Source of the DNA: an uncultured Candidatus Saccharibacteria bacterium
GTDB taxonomy: Bacteria; Patescibacteriota; Minisyncoccia; Phycocordibacterales; CSBR16-119
DNA: 64,000 bases
NCBI GenBank assembly: GCA_964557535.1
Contig: CAZLAD010000002.1
Location: 85,560 to 149,559, forward strand
Direction of reading: 5' to 3'
Below the pieces are notes generated by a model. The model was not told where the DNA came from and searched no databases. It was given only the letters and a program-made list of their open reading frames with translations. The translations under genes and the position numbers were made by a program. Below are positions 58,307 to 64,000 of the stretch, one piece after another (positions within the stretch are counted from its first letter, which is position 1; each line of letters starts with the position of its first letter).

Positions 58307-59326
58307 ATGAGCATCGAAATAAAAAAACTAGAAAAATCATTGGTGGAAATAAAAGGCGAAATTGACGCCGTGGAGCTCGAAAGTTTCCGCGCGACGGCTT
58401 TGAAAAAGCTTGGCGAATCTGTCGAAATTGATGGTTTCAGAAAGGGTCATGTACCGGCAAATATCCTAGAGCAAAAGCTTCCGGAAATGGCGATTTTGGA
58501 AGAAATGTCGCAAATGGCCTTGTCAAAAAATTACGGCAAAATCCTGATCGATAACAAAATCGATGCTATTGGCTATCCGAAAATAAATATTACGAAACTC
58601 GCCAAAGGCAATCCTCTCGGTTTTACTATCACTGTTGCCACACTTCCGGAAATAAAACTTCCCGACTACAAATCTCTCGCGAAAAAAGCGAATTCAAAAG
58701 AAGAAAAAGTCGAAGTGACTGACGAAGAATTCGAAGCTATCATCAAACAAGCCAAGATAATCCGCGCCAAAGAAGCGGTCAAGGGTGGCGAAATTGATGA
58801 GAATGCCCTACCGGAGCTCGATGACGAATATGTGAAAACTCTAGGTGGTTTTGAAAACCTAGAAGACTTCAACAAGAAAATTCGCGAAAATGTTCTCGCA
58901 GAAAAAGAGATGCGGGCCAAAGACAAGAAACGTTTAGAAATCATCGAGGCAATTATTTCTGAAACAAATCTCGAGGTTCCGGAAGTTCTCATTGATTCCG
59001 AAGTCCACAAAATGATTCATAAGATGAGAAATGATATCGAAGCCATGGGACTAAAATATGATGACTATCTGAAAACCCTAAACAAAACAGAAGCCGATCT
59101 TCACAAAGACTTCGAAAAAGACGCCGAGAAGCGTGCCAAGCTCCAACTCATCGTCGGCGAAATCGCCAAAGCTGAGAAAATCGAAGCACCAAAAGAAGCC
59201 GTGGAAGCCGAGGTAAAAAAAGTTACTGAAATTTACAAAGACGTAAGCCCTGAAAATGCCCGTGCCTATATCGAATCAGTCCTCCAGAACGAAGAAGTCT
59301 TCAAATTCCTCGAAGCCCAAAAATAG
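58307..59326 (+). CDS. tig: Trigger factor lacking the PPIase domain
   Basis: GFRKGHVP, LPDY, LPELDDE; precedes clpP. Confidence 0.9.
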   Translation: MSIEIKKLEKSLVEIKGEIDAVELESFRATALKKLGESVEIDGFRKGHVPANILEQKLPEMAILEEMSQMALSKNYGKILIDNKIDAIGYPKINITKLAKGNPLGFTITVATLPEIKLPDYKSLAKKANSKEEKVEVTDEEFEAIIKQAKIIRAKEAVKGGEIDENALPELDDEYVKTLGGFENLEDFNKKIRENVLAEKEMRAKDKKRLEIIEAIISETNLEVPEVLIDSEVHKMIHKMRNDIEAMGLKYDDYLKTLNKTEADLHKDFEKDAEKRAKLQLIVGEIAKAEKIEAPKEAVEAEVKKVTEIYKDVSPENARAYIESVLQNEEVFKFLEAQK

Positions 59327-59384
59327 TGTAGAATCAATCCATTACAAGCTAACTGCTAAAAGCTAACAACTAATAGCTCCAAAA

Positions 59385-59975
59385 ATGTTAATCCCAACCG
59401 TAATCGAAAAATCTTCATTCGGCGAAAGAGCCTACGACATTTATTCCAGACTTTTACGTGAACGAATCATCTTTGTCACGGGAGAAATAAATGATCAAAT
59501 GGCCAACACTGTCGTTGCTCAATTACTATTTCTTGAATCCGAAGATCCGAAAAAAGACATTAGTCTATACGTCAACTCCCCGGGGGGATCGGTCTCGGCT
59601 GGTATGGCAATCGTTGATACGATGAACCACATCAAACCGGAAGTTTCGACCATCTGCGTCGGTATTGCAGCCTCGATGGGCGCCTGGATCCTCTCTCAGG
59701 GCCAAAAAGGTAAAAGATTTGTCCTACCAAATGCTGAAGTGTTGATTCATCAACCACTTGGCGGAGTTTCTGGTCAAGCATCTGACATACTCATCACTGC
59801 CGAAAATATCATCAAAATCAAAAACAAGATGGCGAAAATGCTTGCAGACGCAACCGGTCAAAAAGTAGAAAAAATAATAAAAGATGTCGATCGCGATTTT
59901 TGGATGGACGCCGATGAAGCCAAAAAATACGGAATTGTCGACAAAATAATGACCAAACCGCCTTCAAAGAAATAA
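59385..59975 (+). CDS. clpP: Clp protease proteolytic subunit
   Basis: DIYSRLL, NSPGG, AASMG, IHQP, RDFW. Confidence 0.98.
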   Translation: MLIPTVIEKSSFGERAYDIYSRLLRERIIFVTGEINDQMANTVVAQLLFLESEDPKKDISLYVNSPGGSVSAGMAIVDTMNHIKPEVSTICVGIAASMGAWILSQGQKGKRFVLPNAEVLIHQPLGGVSGQASDILITAENIIKIKNKMAKMLADATGQKVEKIIKDVDRDFWMDADEAKKYGIVDKIMTKPPSKK

Positions 59976-60108
59976 GCGGAACAAAACATAATTTAAAAAG
60001 ACAATACGGAGAAAGGTCTGCCTTTTGAAGGACAGACCTTTCGAGTCTTTAGCGGCTCGCTGTTTACAAGCGAGAACGCGTGTCTTTTTTAATTATGTTT
60101 TGCGGAGC
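59976..60108. repeat. Structured repeat family A, copy 2
   Basis: Same topology and core as 5134-5265 with different but complementary stems. Confidence 0.85.
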
Positions 60109-60109
60109 G

Positions 60110-61735
60110 CTACCTACTCAAGTCAAATCCCCACAAGATACCGTCCTTTTTGTTTATGAAGCCGAGATAATCTTCGGAAGCATTTAATTGCAAGTTTGTG
60201 GCATCAATATAAGCTTTGTCCTTGGAGATAAAATCATAAATAATATTGCCGGTCATGTCTGTGGCATTTATTGTCCACAAAACATCATTGAAACTAATTT
60301 TACCTTTGTACCAATCATCCGGATAAAGAGCATTGGCCATGCTCGTGGCTGCAGCACAGTAAATTTTCTTGGAGTCTTTTGTCCAAACGCACTTTTCTGG
60401 CAGAGTCGATGGCGATATAGAAGTCTTTTTGCCAGAAGCAGTCTCTAAAATAAAAGTCGATAGGCTGTTTTTTGCATACACAGAATACAAAATCTTTTTA
60501 CCGTCAGGACTTGAAAGTGTAGTAAGCCCATTTTCGCCACCTAAATTTTTCGCAAATGTTCCACTTGGATTACCGAGAGTATATGAGTAACCGAGGGCGC
60601 GTCCCGAAGCTTTGGTCGTGAGATTAATTTTTGCATTATTTGCAAAATCCGCTATCCACTCTGTTATAGGACTCGTGAAAATTTGTTTCTTGGCCTTTGT
60701 GGCAAAATTATAAGTAAAACCACTAACTCCTCCAGAGACCGGACCCAGATAAAAGAAATTCTTTTTGTCTCGAGACAAAGCGACAGTCTTTATGTTTTCT
60801 GGTAAATAATCCCCGTTGACCTCGGCAACTTTCGGCACAGCGTCACGCTCTTCTTTGGTTAGATTTGGATCGATTTTAGGAAAAGTAAGTTTGGCAACAT
60901 AAGTCTCTATTTTTCTATCTTTCAAATATCGAAAAACAACATTTGTAGCCGTATCATCAAAAAAGGCTTCGACGACAGACGGTATGGTTTTGTTTGAGCG
61001 AACGATTGGTTGTTCTTTCTTCCTTGTAGCATTATCAAAAACAGTTCCAGAAACAGCATCTACAAATCTAGCCACCAACACACTTTCGGTCTTTGGAGCT
61101 TTTTTAACCTGAGTGAAATTTGTAATTCCTTGGAAAGAGTTTAGTTTGCCGTAGGTTTTCGGACCAATAACCCCATCCCCCGTCAAGCCATTTTTGTTTT
61201 GGAAATCAACGACGGCGTTTTTCATATCGGTGTCGTAATTGTTATCAACGATAAGCCCCGGGGTTGGAGTCTGTCTATTTAGAACTGTCTTGATCGCCAC
61301 AACCTCATCGGCCTTGTCACCAAAGTTAATCGTTTTATATCCAGAAAAATCAAAAACTTCGACAATGTTTGTTTCTGGTGTATTTGAATCAACTTCTGGA
61401 AGTTCGCGTTCTTCACTAATAAATGTAAATCCAGCAACAGGCGCAGAAGAAAGCGGTTTCAAAACAGGATTATCTTCTATGATAACGACGGTGGTGCTTG
61501 GAATCGGACTTTCTGGATTATTTTGATTTGAGGATGATGTTTCGGATTTCGGTTTGTCTTTGCCATTCAGATCATTCTCCCCCGAACTCGTGCCAAATGG
61601 ATCTTCAATACCCGTCGAAGTTGGAGTGTTTCGGATTTTTTTATTTTGAGCATCCTGAACAACGATCCAGGTAAAAATTATTACCAAGAAAAGTGCAACG
61701 AAACCCAGGATTTTAAATAATTTCTTGTTTTGCAT
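60110..61735 (-). CDS. Membrane-anchored peptidoglycan-binding protein with beta-propeller-like C-terminus
   Basis: N-terminal TM; AVVDFQNKNGLTGDGVIGPKT; SPDGKKI-type repeats. Confidence 0.8.
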   Translation of the reverse strand: MQNKKLFKILGFVALFLVIIFTWIVVQDAQNKKIRNTPTSTGIEDPFGTSSGENDLNGKDKPKSETSSSNQNNPESPIPSTTVVIIEDNPVLKPLSSAPVAGFTFISEERELPEVDSNTPETNIVEVFDFSGYKTINFGDKADEVVAIKTVLNRQTPTPGLIVDNNYDTDMKNAVVDFQNKNGLTGDGVIGPKTYGKLNSFQGITNFTQVKKAPKTESVLVARFVDAVSGTVFDNATRKKEQPIVRSNKTIPSVVEAFFDDTATNVVFRYLKDRKIETYVAKLTFPKIDPNLTKEERDAVPKVAEVNGDYLPENIKTVALSRDKKNFFYLGPVSGGVSGFTYNFATKAKKQIFTSPITEWIADFANNAKINLTTKASGRALGYSYTLGNPSGTFAKNLGGENGLTTLSSPDGKKILYSVYAKNSLSTFILETASGKKTSISPSTLPEKCVWTKDSKKIYCAAATSMANALYPDDWYKGKISFNDVLWTINATDMTGNIIYDFISKDKAYIDATNLQLNASEDYLGFINKKDGILWGFDLSR

Positions 61736-61737
61736 AA

Positions 61738-63258
61738 TTATTGTGTAACTATAGCATTTCCCCCCTCACTTGTAGGATACTTACTAAAGTGCATTGCGTC
61801 TTTCAAAGTGGCCCAGCCTCCTCCCCAACCCCAACCCTGTTCCGTCCACATTTGTACAAAGGCTGGTGGCATATCTGTAGTAAGTTGATTTTGACTAGGT
61901 GGACTAAATGGATTTTGTGCTGGATTTATATCTACAGCAACACCGAAAGCATGGGCCGACCAAGTATTTGTCCCTTTGACTTTTCTACAATTATAACCGC
62001 CGATGCTTTTTATTTCGTAAAAATCTTGTCCGCCAGCGTTAACCCACTGAGCGTTGACTGCCTGAATACTACTCACCAAACCTTCATAGATTTTAAATGT
62101 CTTACCAAAAGCGGTAACTTGTTCCATTTTTGTTTGATCACAAGCGGCTAGAGTTGTAGTAGTCCCGTCGACTAAGTTTAGTGTTATTGTCTCACCCACC
62201 GCACCCGTACCGATACCAGTTTCTGGTTCACTTGCGGGGTTAATATAAACGACCGGTATATTTATTCCCAAATTCGCAGCTAGGTTTGGATTGATTGTGT
62301 TTAAAATAATCCACGCACCGAGAGCAAGCACTAGACCCAAAACCGCATTCAACATCATTTCCTTGCCCGAACTTTTACCACCAATAGCGTCTGTGGACAT
62401 GTACGTGATCGCCCCAACAACAATCATGATAAACGCGAGTATCCCAGCCACAACGATAAGTAGTGTGAAAAAACCTCGAATGAAATTACCGAGCGCTGAA
62501 CATGGCGGATTTTCGCAGGTATTCGAAAATCCGGGCAATTGGACCAGAGGAAAGGTTTGTGGATCAAAAGTGGTGCTTATGGGAGCAGAATTGAATTGAT
62601 CCAAAGAATGAGAAAATCCGTATGGAAAGATTCCATTCTCACTTCCGGGCATGTTGTTACTTTCGTCTTCCATAACTCTAACCCACGCTGGAGGAGAACC
62701 ATCGCATACTACCCCGAGAAAACCATCTTCACAATCATAGGTCAACATTGCCCCTGAAACATAATAGGCATCCGATGAAGACACGAGCGCTATTGTCGAA
62801 TAATAAGACGAATCAAAATCTCCACCAGGAACGACCAAGTGGAAATAGAATTGGCAATCCCATCCACTATAATCAGTTAAACACCCCTCTGTAGTGGCTT
62901 TGTAAATTAAAGTAAAATCATTTTGCAAAACAGTGATTGGGTCTCCATCTGCCACATCAATGTCCGGATCTGGAATAAGCCCAAACTGAGTATAAAAATT
63001 GTAACTTCTTATAGTAATCTCTATTGCTTGATCGATACAATTTTGTGTCTTAATATCTACATAGACAAGCGGCTCATTGCCAGGATAAGTAAAATCATCC
63101 GCAGGCATATCAGCATTGGTGCGCCACTTAGCAGCAACAACTTCACACTCGCCCGTCTGTGCCGAAACCGGCTCTGAAAAACTACAGAATAAAAAAACAA
63201 CGGTAACAAGCAAGGATACTATTAGAAATGTCGTTTTTTTGTTCTGAAATATCTTCAT
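61738..63258 (-). CDS. Secreted protein with a CPR pilin-like TM pair and C-terminal M15 metallopeptidase
   Basis: Signal peptide; two TMs ending LNTINP; SAHAFGVAVDIN, WGWGGGW, DAMHF. Confidence 0.8.
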   Translation of the reverse strand: MKIFQNKKTTFLIVSLLVTVVFLFCSFSEPVSAQTGECEVVAAKWRTNADMPADDFTYPGNEPLVYVDIKTQNCIDQAIEITIRSYNFYTQFGLIPDPDIDVADGDPITVLQNDFTLIYKATTEGCLTDYSGWDCQFYFHLVVPGGDFDSSYYSTIALVSSSDAYYVSGAMLTYDCEDGFLGVVCDGSPPAWVRVMEDESNNMPGSENGIFPYGFSHSLDQFNSAPISTTFDPQTFPLVQLPGFSNTCENPPCSALGNFIRGFFTLLIVVAGILAFIMIVVGAITYMSTDAIGGKSSGKEMMLNAVLGLVLALGAWIILNTINPNLAANLGINIPVVYINPASEPETGIGTGAVGETITLNLVDGTTTTLAACDQTKMEQVTAFGKTFKIYEGLVSSIQAVNAQWVNAGGQDFYEIKSIGGYNCRKVKGTNTWSAHAFGVAVDINPAQNPFSPPSQNQLTTDMPPAFVQMWTEQGWGWGGGWATLKDAMHFSKYPTSEGGNAIVTQ

Positions 63259-63262
63259 AAGA

Positions 63263-64000
63263 TTATTGAACGTTTAATTTCAAAGATTCAGTAAATTTAC
63301 GAAATAGCTTTTTTTCTTCGTTGTATTCTAGAGAAACATTTATGACACCCGGCTTGTCTGTAATTACCCCCAGAGTATTTTTATCTCCTGCGCTCGCTGG
63401 CTGATTATTTAACCGCCAATTCATCACTATACTATTGCCTGTATACCAATCTTTGGCTAGAAAGTACGGTTCTGCGACCAAAGTAATTCTTGGTTGTTTT
63501 ATTGAAGTGTTTCCTGTAAAGGCTTTGGAATAATTTGGGGCGCCACGTAATTGATTGTACTCGTAAAAGACGATTTCTGGCTCGAACAGAGGAACGACGA
63601 TTGAGGCTTTGGCTGTTTTCTCGCTACTTGCCACAGACACGTCTATTTGATTGTTTCTATCTAAAATCTGATTACCAAAAATCATAGAGTTTTTACCAAA
63701 CCCTGATTGCGGAGCCAAATTTTTACCGTCTTTGGTCCAAGTATAGACGAAATTTTTGGCCGAGATGTTTATGCCCTTGCCATCTTTAACATTTGGAATA
63801 GCCGACACCCTAATAATTCCCTGTTTTATGGGCAGAGTCTTACCACGATAAAATGGCGGAGTATAACCATCGACTGATTCCCATATCAAATCAATTTCTC
63901 CGTCAAATTTAATGGTTTGTGTTTTCTCTACTTTGGTTCCATTTGCCATAGTAACAACGACGAGTACTTGTTTCGACCCGCCAACAGGTGGAGCCGTAAA
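63263..64000 (-). CDS. Hypothetical extracellular protein, probably truncated by the window edge
   Basis: DLIWES..YTPPFYRGK, AEPYF; the frame appears open to the window end. Confidence 0.7.
   Translation of the reverse strand, partial: FTAPPVGGSKQVLVVVTMANGTKVEKTQTIKFDGEIDLIWESVDGYTPPFYRGKTLPIKQGIIRVSAIPNVKDGKGINISAKNFVYTWTKDGKNLAPQSGFGKNSMIFGNQILDRNNQIDVSVASSEKTAKASIVVPLFEPEIVFYEYNQLRGAPNYSKAFTGNTSIKQPRITLVAEPYFLAKDWYTGNSIVMNWRLNNQPASAGDKNTLGVITDKPGVINVSLEYNEEKKLFRKFTESLKLNVQ

Overview
This window looks like chromosomal DNA of a Patescibacteria/CPR bacterium, probably Parcubacteria-like. That call is inferred from the gene set (no rpmD in the spc block, SWIB protein, PaaX/Cas2-like gene, CPR-type pilins, shortened trigger factor); the genetic code is standard code 11. 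The window holds glmS, ligA, a full type IV pilus cluster with comF, recG, ftsH, smpB with tmRNA, efp, purA, the tuf-S10-spc-secY ribosomal cluster, infC-rpmI-rplT, recJ, pgk/tpiA, nusA-ppa-tig-clpP and three tRNAs, two of them with anticodons unusual for bacteria (Ser-ACT, Ile-TAT). The most notable signals are non-coding. (1) A canonical type III hammerhead ribozyme lies between two orphan ORFs. (2) A PaaX/Cas2-like gene is bracketed by 38-42 bp palindromes, with a third solo copy 36 kb away. (3) Several families of dispersed palindromic elements occur, two with compensatory base changes, and others inserted in frame in proteins or exactly at start codons, stop codons or a prepilin cleavage site. 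(4) A candidate sRNA with its own promoter sits inside the spc operon. (5) Many self-contained orphan cassettes, some Bacteroidota-like, interrupt housekeeping operons. All calls were made by eye; no searches were run.
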